The notes below the pieces were generated by a model, which searched no databases, had not been told where the DNA came from, and saw nothing but the letters and a program-made list of their open reading frames with translations. A DNA stretch of 64,000 nt, taken from the IMG/VR virus record IMGVR_UViG_3300035703_000036, positions 1-64,000 of that record; one strand, 5' to 3'. Below are positions 27,652 through 36,936 of this stretch, piece after piece (position 1 is the stretch's first letter; each line of letters opens with the position of its first letter). This DNA comes from a virus. The position numbers and the translations under genes are program-made.

Positions 27652-27832
27652 GGAAGATAAGCTTAACAAATGTATAAAACTACTACAAAGCAATAGCGAG
27701 TACAGTACAAAAATAATAACTGAATTACTAGATCTAGACATGAAGCACAATAATGGCGATATTTTATCTGGACTAGAACATGATCTATGGTGCTTGAACA
27801 ATATGATCTTAGAGGGTGAGAATGAAGAATAG
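27644..27832 (+). CDS. hypothetical protein, paralogue of 26487
   Basis: HNNGDILSGLEHDLWCLN; DNA-level similarity to 26487. Confidence 0.7.
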   Translation: MSKEDKLNKCIKLLQSNSEYSTKIITELLDLDMKHNNGDILSGLEHDLWCLNNMILEGENEE

Positions 27833-27889
27833 GCAGAAACAGTCGAAAAACGACGATTTTTACGTAAATTATTTAAATGAGATAAAATA

Positions 27890-28291
27890 ATGAGTCAGGA
27901 CGATTTAAAATTAAAAGATTTAGAATACGCCGAATATGTTGATTTTCCCATAGTTACAGAGAAGAATACGCTAATATATAAATTACCTTTTCCATGCTTG
28001 GTAATGAGTATGAGATATTACAATCTCACCCTTATAGATAAAAGCCAGTCAGATAATTTAAATTGGGATTATGAATTGCTTAATGATAAAATAATTTTTA
28101 GTGCAGATTTCATAGATATGATAGATGAAGGCGATATGGTTTGGGTGTATGCTATCAAAAAAAGCCCTATAAACTCAAGCCAAAAATCCGGATGTCAACA
28201 TCTTAGAAAATATGTCAATAAAGCAGGATCTAAAAGCTTCTGGGTATGCCCAGATTGTAAAAAAGATTTGGGTGATTGTGAAAATATATAA
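27890..28291 (+). CDS. hypothetical protein with a C-terminal CxH...CxxC motif
   Basis: CQHLRK...WVCPDCKK. Confidence 0.6.
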   Translation: MSQDDLKLKDLEYAEYVDFPIVTEKNTLIYKLPFPCLVMSMRYYNLTLIDKSQSDNLNWDYELLNDKIIFSADFIDMIDEGDMVWVYAIKKSPINSSQKSGCQHLRKYVNKAGSKSFWVCPDCKKDLGDCENI

Positions 28292-28560
28292 ATACTTAGC
28301 CGATTTACGTAAAACTGATGGCTATAGCACTTTATTTACCTACCATATATCTAAATACTATACAGAATTTCGATGGAAAAACTGGGTTTTATCCTTTATT
28401 AGAATAAGGAATTGATTATGAGAATAGGAACAGTCATATATAAAGAATCAAATAAAGAAGTCAGCGTTTTACCTATGTCCAGTACTTTTACCATTAAAAG
28501 ATCTCAAATTCCAAAACTTGTGTTATTCTTTATAAAGACATATATAAAGGGATTTTTTAA

Positions 28561-29835
28561 ATGACGTACCAAGAAGCCAGAGATTCCGGAAAACCTTTTA
28601 ATAGACAAAAATATAAAGACGGATGGTACGTAGTCGATTCTAGAGGGTTTGATTGCCATTCTAAGGATTCGACTCAAAGATTTTGGTCTGATATGGATTA
28701 CAAAGCTAATGACTGGAGAGTTCAGGAGCATGAGCTTGATGATAATTACATAGATTGGGAAGACTACGCTAGATGGGTTCAAGCCCTTGACGTTACTACT
28801 TTATCCAAAATAGAAGCAAAGCCAGAAGATCAATTTCCAAGCTTATATAAAATGGTCAACCAAGAAGGATGGGAAGATAAAGTGGAAGAAAAGAAAGAGC
28901 AAGAAGTAATTAAAAGCCCAGAGCAAATTAAGAAAAGACTTGATGAATATGTAATTGGACATGAAAAAACAAAAAAAGCATTGTCCGTAGCTGCCTACAA
29001 CCACTTAAAAAGAATGAGAGGAAGCAACATTAAAAAGACTAATGTTCTTTTGATAGGCCCAACAGGATGTGGAAAAACTTATATCGTATCAATTTTAGCT
29101 CAAATCCTCAATGTAGGCTTTCTTACTAGTGACGCGACTCAATTTACCTCTTCCGGATATCAAGGAAGAAGCGTAGAAGATCTTATTACTGATCTAATAT
29201 CAATTTGCGAAAATGACGAACATAGAGCTTCCAAGTCTATTGTGTATATCGATGAAATTGACAAGATAAAAAAGAAATCTACCGGAGATGGAACGGCAGA
29301 CGTTGGAGGTTTGGGCGTTCAACAGGCCTTGCTAAAGCTTCTAGAAGGTTCAGATGTAGCTTATTCATCAAAACACGCCTATAACGGTGAGTATGATAAA
29401 AAAATGAACACAAAAAACATAATGTTCATCTGTTCCGGAGCTTTTGTTGGCCTACCGAGTTCAAATATTCAGGAGCTAACTAAATTTGGAATGATTCCAG
29501 AATTTTTGGGTAGATTTTCAGTAATAACTCAGCTTTCTGAGCTTAAGATGGATGATTATAAAAAGATATTGACCGATTCTAAGGGATCTATTCTAAATTC
29601 ATTCAGAGAATGGTTCACAAGTGAGGGAATTGAGCTTGTCGTAGAAGATACGGCCATAACTATTATAGCTCAAAAGGCTATCGCTAAAGGGTTAGGAGCA
29701 AGAGGTCTTCAAAGTATCTTAGAAGAAGCCTTACTTAACGCTCAATTTGAAGCTCCAAGCATGGAAAATAAGCCTAAAACTTTTGTTTTAGATGGATCAG
29801 TAGTATTAACAGGTAAACCTAAATGGAATTTTTAA
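28561..29835 (+). CDS. clpX: ClpX-like AAA+ ATPase with an atypical N-terminus
   Basis: LDEYVIG...KKALSVA.YNHLKR; Walker A GPTGCGKT; DAT.FT..GY.G; Walker B YIDEIDK; GVQQALLKLLEG; FGMIPEFLGR; GARGL. Confidence 0.9.
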   Translation: MTYQEARDSGKPFNRQKYKDGWYVVDSRGFDCHSKDSTQRFWSDMDYKANDWRVQEHELDDNYIDWEDYARWVQALDVTTLSKIEAKPEDQFPSLYKMVNQEGWEDKVEEKKEQEVIKSPEQIKKRLDEYVIGHEKTKKALSVAAYNHLKRMRGSNIKKTNVLLIGPTGCGKTYIVSILAQILNVGFLTSDATQFTSSGYQGRSVEDLITDLISICENDEHRASKSIVYIDEIDKIKKKSTGDGTADVGGLGVQQALLKLLEGSDVAYSSKHAYNGEYDKKMNTKNIMFICSGAFVGLPSSNIQELTKFGMIPEFLGRFSVITQLSELKMDDYKKILTDSKGSILNSFREWFTSEGIELVVEDTAITIIAQKAIAKGLGARGLQSILEEALLNAQFEAPSMENKPKTFVLDGSVVLTGKPKWNF

Positions 29836-29843
29836 TAAAAATA

Positions 29844-29872
29844 TTGACCACTGTATTTTTTTATGATAAAAT
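29844..29872 (+). promoter_or_regulatory. sigma70-like promoter
   Basis: TTGACC-17 nt-TAAAAT with extended TG. Confidence 0.7.
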
Positions 29873-29892
29873 TTGCTCTAACAGGAGATTTT

Positions 29893-30090
29893 ATGGAAAA
29901 AATAAATGAAGAAGAAAAACAACAAGATCTTAAAAGAATCAGAGAAAGAGTTTATGAAATTCATCAAATAATTGCGGAAGATATTAAGAAAAAAGATGAA
30001 TTTTTAAAATTACACGAAGAACGCAAGGCCCAATTAGACAACGTTGTTTTTGAATTAGAAAAAATATACAAAAAATTTGAGGTTTTATAA
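29893..30090 (+). CDS. coiled-coil hypothetical protein
   Basis: ATG at 29893 after aggag, downstream of a promoter. Confidence 0.6.
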   Translation: MEKINEEEKQQDLKRIRERVYEIHQIIAEDIKKKDEFLKLHEERKAQLDNVVFELEKIYKKFEVL

Positions 30091-30314
30091 TGGAAAATTC
30101 AGTTAAATGGGAAAAAGCAATCAGATGGAATGGAAACATTGGGGTGTTTGGAAGATTTACAATATATTCCGAAGAAGGAAAAAATTTTGTAATTATTAAC
30201 AATGATGCCGGATCAAAAACCGTGAGCCTAAAAAGCTTAAAAGAAGTTGCTGATATTATCGATAATTTCTATGCCTTACGAGGTATTCTTACCAAAGTAA
30301 AGAGGAAAGGATGA
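30090..30314 (+). CDS. hypothetical protein
   Basis: Translationally coupled ORF. Confidence 0.55.
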   Translation: MENSVKWEKAIRWNGNIGVFGRFTIYSEEGKNFVIINNDAGSKTVSLKSLKEVADIIDNFYALRGILTKVKRKG

Positions 30315-30535
30315 TCTACCTAGATATTGATCCGATTCAGTTTGGAATTAAGCATGGAATTAAGATAAAAACTGAAAAATGTCATTTATGCGGAAGTTTG
30401 GTGACGGTAGATCGGCCTGTAATATCTAAAGATTATGTTGGTTTTGAATCAGAGCCCCATTATTCTTGTGAGGCAATTATTAAATATGTTAAACCATTAA
30501 ATAAACATTTTCTGGATAAAGTTAAAGAGGATTGA
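30311..30535 (+). CDS. Zn-ribbon hypothetical protein
   Basis: CHLC...H.SC. Confidence 0.55.
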   Translation: MIYLDIDPIQFGIKHGIKIKTEKCHLCGSLVTVDRPVISKDYVGFESEPHYSCEAIIKYVKPLNKHFLDKVKED

Positions 30536-30545
30536 AGGAGTTCTG

Positions 30546-30740
30546 ATGACGATACTTTTTAGATTAATTTTTGCCATTTTATTACCCATAGCCGCCGTTG
30601 TAAATTTAATTGGATACGTTGTTACTAAACAGAACTACTATTTAATTTTCTTTATTTTAAACGCAGTTTGTGCTGCTCATAATTTTATTTACTTTAATCA
30701 ACATGACGATAAGGATGGATCAGATGACGACGCAAAATAA
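30546..30740 (+). CDS. small membrane protein
   Basis: Two hydrophobic segments; RBS aaggag. Confidence 0.55.
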   Translation: MTILFRLIFAILLPIAAVVNLIGYVVTKQNYYLIFFILNAVCAAHNFIYFNQHDDKDGSDDDAK

Positions 30741-30912
30741 AAAAAGCCTAGAAGAAATTTTTCATGAAATAAATCAAAAGAACTCTTCAAATGAAGAAAA
30801 ATTTAATAAATGTTTTCATAAAAACTTTAAGCCTAAAAAGCTGGTATTGGTAGAGTGCCCATTTACTGGAACTTTAGAAGAAATGGAGGTGGATGATGAT
30901 TCTGGAGAATGA
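30670..30912 (+). CDS. hypothetical protein (true start probably near 30724)
   Basis: Tiles between its neighbours. Confidence 0.45.
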   Translation: MLLIILFTLINMTIRMDQMTTQNKKSLEEIFHEINQKNSSNEEKFNKCFHKNFKPKKLVLVECPFTGTLEEMEVDDDSGE

Positions 30913-31099
30913 TTTTTATATTGTTGAGCTATTGTCTGAAACACTAGAATGCTATTTGACAGATTCGGGGTTACAAAGTTTAGACGGATCTGGAAGAGTT
31001 TTTGAGGTTGAAAAATGCCTAAGTATCAAAAAAATGGATATTAATAACACTGATAACAGCCAATTAAATGATACAAAACAGGCATTTTGTATCAAATAA
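30893..31099 (+). CDS. hypothetical protein
   Basis: RBS ggaggt. Confidence 0.5.
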   Translation: MMILENDFYIVELLSETLECYLTDSGLQSLDGSGRVFEVEKCLSIKKMDINNTDNSQLNDTKQAFCIK

Positions 31100-31108
31100 A
31101 GGTAAATT

Positions 31109-31672
31109 ATGAAACTACTGTCGCTTGATTTAGAAATGAATCAGCCCTCAGATAAAATAATTCAAATGGGTTATGTTATATTTGATGTTAAAAGAAAAAA
31201 AATAATCAAAAGCGTATCTATTTTTGTGAACCCTGAAGAGCTGTTGGCCGAAGAAATCGTTCAGCTAACCGGAATTACTCAAGATCAAGTAGATTCTGGC
31301 GTCTCATTGCCAGAGGCGTATAATAATTTAAAAAGTGATATTGAGCAATATCAAGTAACGAGGCACTGTTTAGAGTGGGGGCCTGACGATAGATTTCTAA
31401 GAGATCAATTAAGCATTAATCAAAAAGATTTTATTTTTAGATCTCGTTCTTACGACGTTAAAAGTTTTTATCAAATGTATCAGGCGGCTAAATCTAATGG
31501 CAAAGTTCATTCTGGGTTAAAAAGCAGTATGGAAACCCTAGGGCTTAGTTGGAATGAAGAATTTGGCCAGCCTCATAATGCTTTGGCCGATGCTTACAAT
31601 ACAGTCCTAATATATCTATTTTTAGTTGATAAAATGGTTAGATATGACAAGTTAGCAGAGATATTAAAATGA
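31109..31672 (+). CDS. DEDDh 3'-5' exonuclease (DnaQ/ERI-1-like)
   Basis: ExoI SLDLEM; LTGITQ..VD.G; ExoII WG.DD; ExoIII HNALADAYNT. Confidence 0.85.
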   Translation: MKLLSLDLEMNQPSDKIIQMGYVIFDVKRKKIIKSVSIFVNPEELLAEEIVQLTGITQDQVDSGVSLPEAYNNLKSDIEQYQVTRHCLEWGPDDRFLRDQLSINQKDFIFRSRSYDVKSFYQMYQAAKSNGKVHSGLKSSMETLGLSWNEEFGQPHNALADAYNTVLIYLFLVDKMVRYDKLAEILK

Positions 31673-31869
31673 ACAATTTTATTTTAAAATGCCCCTTTTG
31701 CGGTAATTCAGTGGAAGTAAACTCAGAGCATCTAATGAAGAACGAAAAACTTTGCTGTATGAATTGCAATAAAGCTTTCAAAGTAGAGGTTTCGCATCAA
31801 AAGAAAGCTGAGCCAGAAGATGATTTTGGATTTTATGACAACAAAATCGATGAGGGCTATTGGGATTAA
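31669..31869 (+). CDS. Zn-ribbon protein
   Basis: CPFC...CMNC. Confidence 0.6.
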   Translation: MNNFILKCPFCGNSVEVNSEHLMKNEKLCCMNCNKAFKVEVSHQKKAEPEDDFGFYDNKIDEGYWD

Positions 31870-31877
31870 ATATTTTA

Positions 31878-31906
31878 TTGACTTTATTTTTTTTACATGT
31901 TAAAAT
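31878..31906 (+). promoter_or_regulatory. sigma70-like promoter
   Basis: TTGACT-17 nt-TAAAAT with extended TG. Confidence 0.7.
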
Positions 31907-31926
31907 CTAATAAAAAGGAGAAAAAC

Positions 31927-32136
31927 ATGACTAGAGCTAAAACTTACTGTTCTTGCGAAAAAGGTTCAACTAAATACCACGAAAAAGTAACCTTGAGACA
32001 GGTTGAATATGTAGTTATGGATGGATTAGACCTATGCTCTGAGTGTTTCTATTCAGTCGTGTGGCTAACAGATAAAGAGGCCATGTTACAGACAAGCAAA
32101 AGAAACGGAATGATTAGAAGTGATAAGGAACAATGA
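31927..32136 (+). CDS. Cys-containing hypothetical protein
   Basis: ATG at 31927 after aaggag; CSC...CSEC. Confidence 0.55.
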   Translation: MTRAKTYCSCEKGSTKYHEKVTLRQVEYVVMDGLDLCSECFYSVVWLTDKEAMLQTSKRNGMIRSDKEQ

Positions 32137-32282
32137 TAAAAATAATTAATACAGCTCTTTGTTTTATTTTGGGCCATAAAGATAGGGTGATTATACGTAC
32201 TATAATGCCTCTTTTTAAAGGTGAAAAGATAAGATACAGGCACTGTTTATTCTGTGAAAGATGCGAAAGGCTAGAGGATTAA

Positions 32283-32519
32283 ATGGCAAAATTATTGTTA
32301 ACTCAAAACAACCTAGATCAATTAGAAAAAATCATGCTAATTCAAGCAGAGGTTGCGGAAAAAGCTCAAAAGGTTTTAGACTCTCCAGTTCCAATTGTTC
32401 ACAGTTCAGCTAGTGATTTAAGAGAATCTTTACTCAAACTTGGCGCTGCTTTGGAAAAAGTTTCTCTAGATAAAAAAGAAGAAACTTCAGAATTACAGAC
32501 GATGGGAGACTATAAGTAA
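32283..32519 (+). CDS. hypothetical protein
   Basis: RBS gagga. Confidence 0.6.
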   Translation: MAKLLLTQNNLDQLEKIMLIQAEVAEKAQKVLDSPVPIVHSSASDLRESLLKLGAALEKVSLDKKEETSELQTMGDYK

Positions 32520-32521
32520 TT

Positions 32522-32863
32522 ATGCCTAAGTTCAAATTTGGAGATAGAGTTATAGTCAATGGAAATAAAGGCCAAGTAGTCTCAGTTTATAAGGATTTTA
32601 ACGGAGATTATACTTGTCGCGTTAGATTTGATGACCGCAACTTATTACCGCCAGAAATGGATTATCCAGAAAACCACGTAAAACCTGATCCGGACGATTA
32701 TGATTATTTCTTTGGCGGATATTACAAAAAAGCTCCTGCCTATGTAGATACCAATAAATATTGCCCAGTATGTAAAACTGCTTGGGCTGAAACTAAATTT
32801 AATAATAAAATTTGGTATGATTGCAATAAATGTAAAAAGAAAAAAGAGGAATTGGTAAAGTGA
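32522..32863 (+). CDS. SH3/KOW-like plus Zn-ribbon hypothetical protein
   Basis: KFKFGDRV...G.V; CPVC...CNKC. Confidence 0.6.
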   Translation: MPKFKFGDRVIVNGNKGQVVSVYKDFNGDYTCRVRFDDRNLLPPEMDYPENHVKPDPDDYDYFFGGYYKKAPAYVDTNKYCPVCKTAWAETKFNNKIWYDCNKCKKKKEELVK

Positions 32864-33207
32864 ATAATGAAGATATATTAAAATATCAGACCTCTTGGGA
32901 AGAGTTTAGAAAAGCCTGCGAAATAAAGGCTAAAAATAGATGCCATCTAAATACTTCAGCTTGGAAAAGACTCAAGGAATTTCATATTGAGCAATATTTG
33001 CGCGACATGGAAAATCCTTTTGGTTTTCTTTTTGTTCTGAAATTTTATCATAATAGCTTTTTTAGATCTATCCCTAAATCGGCCTGTCTATATTCTTTTT
33101 ATTTAAAGAAAAGACAAGAGGATTATGGTATTATAGTAGATAAAAGCGGTATGTTTTCTAATTATAAGGATAGTTTATATGGTAGAAAAGATTCTAGTGA
33201 TAATTAG
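32860..33207 (+). CDS. hypothetical protein
   Basis: GTGA overlap with the previous gene. Confidence 0.5.
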   Translation: MNNEDILKYQTSWEEFRKACEIKAKNRCHLNTSAWKRLKEFHIEQYLRDMENPFGFLFVLKFYHNSFFRSIPKSACLYSFYLKKRQEDYGIIVDKSGMFSNYKDSLYGRKDSSDN

Positions 33208-33397
33208 CACTATTTTAGGTATAATAACAGTCGGAATGGTCAGTTTAGCCGCTTTCTTGACTGCGATAAACTTTATAAATGGAGAGAGCATGACACCTTC
33301 AGACAAATTGGGTCTTTTTATTATTTTTAGTTTCTTAATACTTCCCTTGATGATTATGGGGGTTATGGAAATTAAAATCAGGAGAGATCGTGATTAA
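33179..33397 (+). CDS. two-TM membrane protein
   Basis: Two hydrophobic helices. Confidence 0.55.
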   Translation: MVEKILVIISTILGIITVGMVSLAAFLTAINFINGESMTPSDKLGLFIIFSFLILPLMIMGVMEIKIRRDRD

Positions 33398-33800
33398 ATA
33401 CAAGCGACAGCATGACAACTATTCATGTGGCGCTGTGGCTATAGAGAATTATTATCGCTATTTAGGTAAAAAATCGCCCAAGAATATCAAGAAAAAAATT
33501 AAGTGCAAGCCTAGATTGGGCAGTTATAGCGATGATATTGCCAAATTCTTTAAAAAAAGAGCTAAATATTTATCTAAATTTAGTGAAGTAACTTTTTTTA
33601 TTGATAAAGGCCCCTGCATAATAGCTTATGGAGGGCATTTTGTATTTTGTCCGTATTCAACTAAAAAATACTTTTATGCAGCAAACGACTGGAATGAAAG
33701 ACTTGGAACTTATGTGTGTTTCAAAAAAAATCCAAAATATATACTCAAAAAATTCCTAAAAGAAGAAGATATAGAGATTATTTGCTTAAATAAAAAATAA
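33390..33800 (+). CDS. peptidase C39-like cysteine protease
   Basis: Q.DNYSCGAVA (catalytic Cys), GHFV (His) and ND. Confidence 0.6.
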   Translation: MIKYKRQHDNYSCGAVAIENYYRYLGKKSPKNIKKKIKCKPRLGSYSDDIAKFFKKRAKYLSKFSEVTFFIDKGPCIIAYGGHFVFCPYSTKKYFYAANDWNERLGTYVCFKKNPKYILKKFLKEEDIEIICLNKK

Positions 33801-33944
33801 AGGGGTAAAAATGTTAAACATGTTAATATTAATCGGAATCGCCACATTAGGACTTTTAGTTAGTTTGACTGGCGTTATCTATATGGCTAATCAGCAAAAG
33901 CAAGGTTCTATTATGGTGTCTATTGGGATAGTTATAATGCTAAC

Positions 33945-34172
33945 ATGCGTTTTTTTAAAAAGGATTTTGCTGTGAATTACAAAGAATATAGAGAAAAGAA
34001 TCCTATGTATTCTTATCCATTATCAGAAAAAGATGGTCAAGATATCTGGAAAGCGGCAAAAAAAGATCTTGTAGATAGAATACAGCACTTAACCGCCCTT
34101 GGGGTTTCTTGCTCTTCGGATATGTTAGAGATGATTGTAGAGGAAATGAATGAAAATTTGGAAAAAAATTAA
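33945..34172 (+). CDS. hypothetical protein (start uncertain)
   Basis: ORF within an operon. Confidence 0.45.
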   Translation: MRFFKKDFAVNYKEYREKNPMYSYPLSEKDGQDIWKAAKKDLVDRIQHLTALGVSCSSDMLEMIVEEMNENLEKN

Positions 34173-34656
34173 CGATCCAAAATTTACATGCGGACTATTG
34201 GTAGGATCTGTTTTGGTTTTATTTATACTTAGTGCTATAATTGAAAAAAAGATGATACCTAAAGGATACTTAAAAAAGAAAAGTTTCTTAATGGATGGAA
34301 AGTACTATGAGGCTATAGAAATCGGAGAATGTCAAGGTAGAATCAAAGAGGCAATTAAACAGGAGGAAGAAATGTTTGTTAGAAAAAGCACTTACGAAGA
34401 TTCGCAGAGAGAAGTAAGAAGATTGCAGGAAGAAAATGATTGGCTGAAAAACCATGTAGAAAGATTAATCGAGGAAAAAGAAGGCCTTGAAAAAAGTTTA
34501 AATGAAGTAAGAGAATTAGACATGGATTTTCTAGATGCTATTACAAGAACTAAAGAAGGCAGAGCTGTCTTAAGAAAAAAATTAATAGAAAGAGGAATTA
34601 TTAAAAAGGCCGGAAAAAGTGCCTCTAGCAAAAAATTAAAGAAGAAGGCGTCATAA
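34150..34656 (+). CDS. N-terminal TM plus coiled-coil protein
   Basis: TM segment GLLVGSVLVLFILSAII; an internal AGGAGG RBS before MFVRKS suggests a second start. Confidence 0.55.
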   Translation: MKIWKKINDPKFTCGLLVGSVLVLFILSAIIEKKMIPKGYLKKKSFLMDGKYYEAIEIGECQGRIKEAIKQEEEMFVRKSTYEDSQREVRRLQEENDWLKNHVERLIEEKEGLEKSLNEVRELDMDFLDAITRTKEGRAVLRKKLIERGIIKKAGKSASSKKLKKKAS

Positions 34657-34870
34657 TATCTATGAGCATGTCAAAAACTTATATAAGACTTAGGTTATAT
34701 GGAATGGCTTTTTTATTTACTATAGGTCTTTCAATGTGTTTTTTGGGTTTTGTTTCGTTACTTGTCTTAGTTTTGGTAAAGCTAGAAAGGTTAATTGAAA
34801 AGTTACTTATGATGTGCGCTGGAGCGAAAGATAGATAATTGTGTTATTATATAATAAAGGAGTTTTATTT

Positions 34871-35173
34871 ATGAGACTTTTAATTGTTGCCATTTTAACA
34901 ATTGCTGTATGCGAAGCTAAAACTGTTGTAGTAAAAGCTAGTAAAATGAAATTTAATCCTTCCGTTGTAAAGATTAGTCAAGGTGATACGGTTGAATTTG
35001 TAAATGAAGATAATATGATCCACAATGTCGTCGGATCTAAAAAAGAATTTAGAAGCCCTTTTTTAAAGAAAGGGGATAAATTTTCTCATAAATTTGAAAG
35101 TAAAGGCGTAGTGGAATACCACTGTGAGCCCCACAAGGCTATGGGAATGAAAGGAAAGGTTGAAATAGAATAA
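34871..35173 (+). CDS. exported type-1 blue copper protein (cupredoxin, amicyanin/plastocyanin-like)
   Basis: Signal peptide; F.P..V.I..GDTVEF.N.D...HNVV; YHCEPHKAMGMKG supplies the Cys-His-Met ligands. Confidence 0.9.
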   Translation: MRLLIVAILTIAVCEAKTVVVKASKMKFNPSVVKISQGDTVEFVNEDNMIHNVVGSKKEFRSPFLKKGDKFSHKFESKGVVEYHCEPHKAMGMKGKVEIE

Positions 35174-35583
35174 TGAATAAAATGCCCGCAGGCCCTTCAG
35201 CTTATTGCGACATAGACGACACTCTAGTGTCTTGGCAGAAGCCTTCTAAGGCTACCGAGAAAGATTCGGTAATTGTCAGATGTCGAGGTTTTGAAGAAAA
35301 AGTTTATATCAATAAACATAATTTAAACTTTATCAAAAAACTAGCAAATAGAGGTCATTGCGTGGTACTCTGGTCGGCAGGTGGGGTCTGCTGGGCTGAA
35401 GCTGTTGCAAAAGCTTTAAAAATAGAAAAATACGTATGGGCAGTAATGTCTAAGCCGACTTATTATGTTGATGACGCTCCGGATTCAAAAAATTGGATCG
35501 GAAAGCACAGATTTATTGATTTTGACGGAAATATGTGCTATGATCATGGGGGAATGGTAAGTTACAACAAAACGGAGGAATAA
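35173..35583 (+). CDS. HAD-superfamily phosphatase
   Basis: Motif I DIDDTL; motif II WSAGG; motif III KP; motif IV YVDD. Confidence 0.8.
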   Translation: MNKMPAGPSAYCDIDDTLVSWQKPSKATEKDSVIVRCRGFEEKVYINKHNLNFIKKLANRGHCVVLWSAGGVCWAEAVAKALKIEKYVWAVMSKPTYYVDDAPDSKNWIGKHRFIDFDGNMCYDHGGMVSYNKTEE

Positions 35584-36257
35584 TGAAAAAAATTGTAATT
35601 GGAATTACAGGAGTTAAAACATCTGGCAAATCAACTGTAGCCAATATTTTAAAAAGAACATTGTCAGGAGCAAAAGAATCTGCTTTGGCTGATAAACTAA
35701 AAGACGTAAGTTCTAGAGTTTTTCTTGTTCCTCGTAATTATTTTGATGATCAAGAACTAAAAGAATCAAAACTAGAAGAGCCAAGAATTTTAACAATGAC
35801 AGATATTGAACAAATCATAGATTCTTTCAATAGCCTGAATAAAGTTACGCCAGAAATCAGAGAAAAGTTACATGAAATTTGCGGCATGGAATTGGATACG
35901 CCTAGAAAAATAGCTCAAATTGTAGGAACTGAAGTCCTTAGACTATTAGGAGAAGATATTCACTGTCGTAACGTTGAACTTCACGAAGGTATCACGATTG
36001 TCAGCGACATTAGATTTCCAAATGAGTTTAATTTTTTTAGAAATAATGAAGATCTAGAATTTATCCCTCTTTACATCTCAAGAAAAGAAGCAGAAAGCAA
36101 AGTTAGCTCTGGCTCACACTCTTCGGAAACTTCTGTATTCCTGTTTAAAGATGAGTGCAATAAGATTGACAATGACGGAAGCTTAACTAACACACAAGCT
36201 CAAGTTTTATCGTTGTTAACTAATGAATTAACAAAATTAAACAAAGTAATTTTTTAG
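35583..36257 (+). CDS. deoxynucleoside monophosphate kinase (T4 gp1-like)
   Basis: P-loop GITGVKTSGKST; ADKLK; TPR...Q.VGTE..R; SDIRFPNE; H.SE. Confidence 0.85.
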   Translation: MKKIVIGITGVKTSGKSTVANILKRTLSGAKESALADKLKDVSSRVFLVPRNYFDDQELKESKLEEPRILTMTDIEQIIDSFNSLNKVTPEIREKLHEICGMELDTPRKIAQIVGTEVLRLLGEDIHCRNVELHEGITIVSDIRFPNEFNFFRNNEDLEFIPLYISRKEAESKVSSGSHSSETSVFLFKDECNKIDNDGSLTNTQAQVLSLLTNELTKLNKVIF

Positions 36258-36269
36258 GAGAGTGAAAAA

Positions 36270-36656
36270 ATGGATAATAAAGAATATCTAGAAAAGTCAG
36301 CTCGTACTGTTAGTGATAATTACAGTGAAATTTCAACCAGAATGGTATCAGAAAATAAAGTCATAGATTTACAGCATGCCGCTATGGGAATGATAACTGA
36401 ATCCGCTGAATTTATGGACGCCCTTAAAAAGAGCATATTTTATGGTAAGAAGTTAGATACAGTAAATCTTAAAGAAGAAGTAGGAGATTTGTTGTGGTAT
36501 GCCGCTTTAGCTTTAAGAGCTTTGGATGTTGATTTTGATTCTGTTATGGATAGGAATATTGAAAAACTAAAGGCCAGATATCCTCAAAAATTTACAGAAG
36601 AAAAAGCAATTGTTAGGGATTTAGAAGTTGAAAGAAAAATTTTGGAGAAAGAATAA
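36270..36656 (+). CDS. MazG-like nucleotide pyrophosphohydrolase
   Basis: HAAMG...ES.E..D..KK; EEVGDLLWY; NIEKLKARYP. Confidence 0.85.
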   Translation: MDNKEYLEKSARTVSDNYSEISTRMVSENKVIDLQHAAMGMITESAEFMDALKKSIFYGKKLDTVNLKEEVGDLLWYAALALRALDVDFDSVMDRNIEKLKARYPQKFTEEKAIVRDLEVERKILEKE

Positions 36657-36904
36657 TGACTATAGTGTTATTTCAAAAATGTTTTGATGGGCTTTTCGAT
36701 TATCTAGAAATTGGACTGACATTACCTTCAATTAAACTCGGAGCTTTAGAGCGCAATGATGTAGGAGTCATTTCTGAGAAAAAATTTGGAATTATTGCGC
36801 CCACTAATATTTATGTTTTAAAAGATTCTGATTGCGATATTTTACTGATGGAATTAAGACTCTTAGGTCTTGGCCTTTATTATAAAAGACAAAAAGGTTA
36901 TTAA
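36656..36904 (+). CDS. hypothetical protein
   Basis: TAATG coupling with the previous gene. Confidence 0.5.
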   Translation: MTIVLFQKCFDGLFDYLEIGLTLPSIKLGALERNDVGVISEKKFGIIAPTNIYVLKDSDCDILLMELRLLGLGLYYKRQKGY

Positions 36905-36936
36905 TAGCAATCTTTAAGGTAACTAATTGGAATTAT

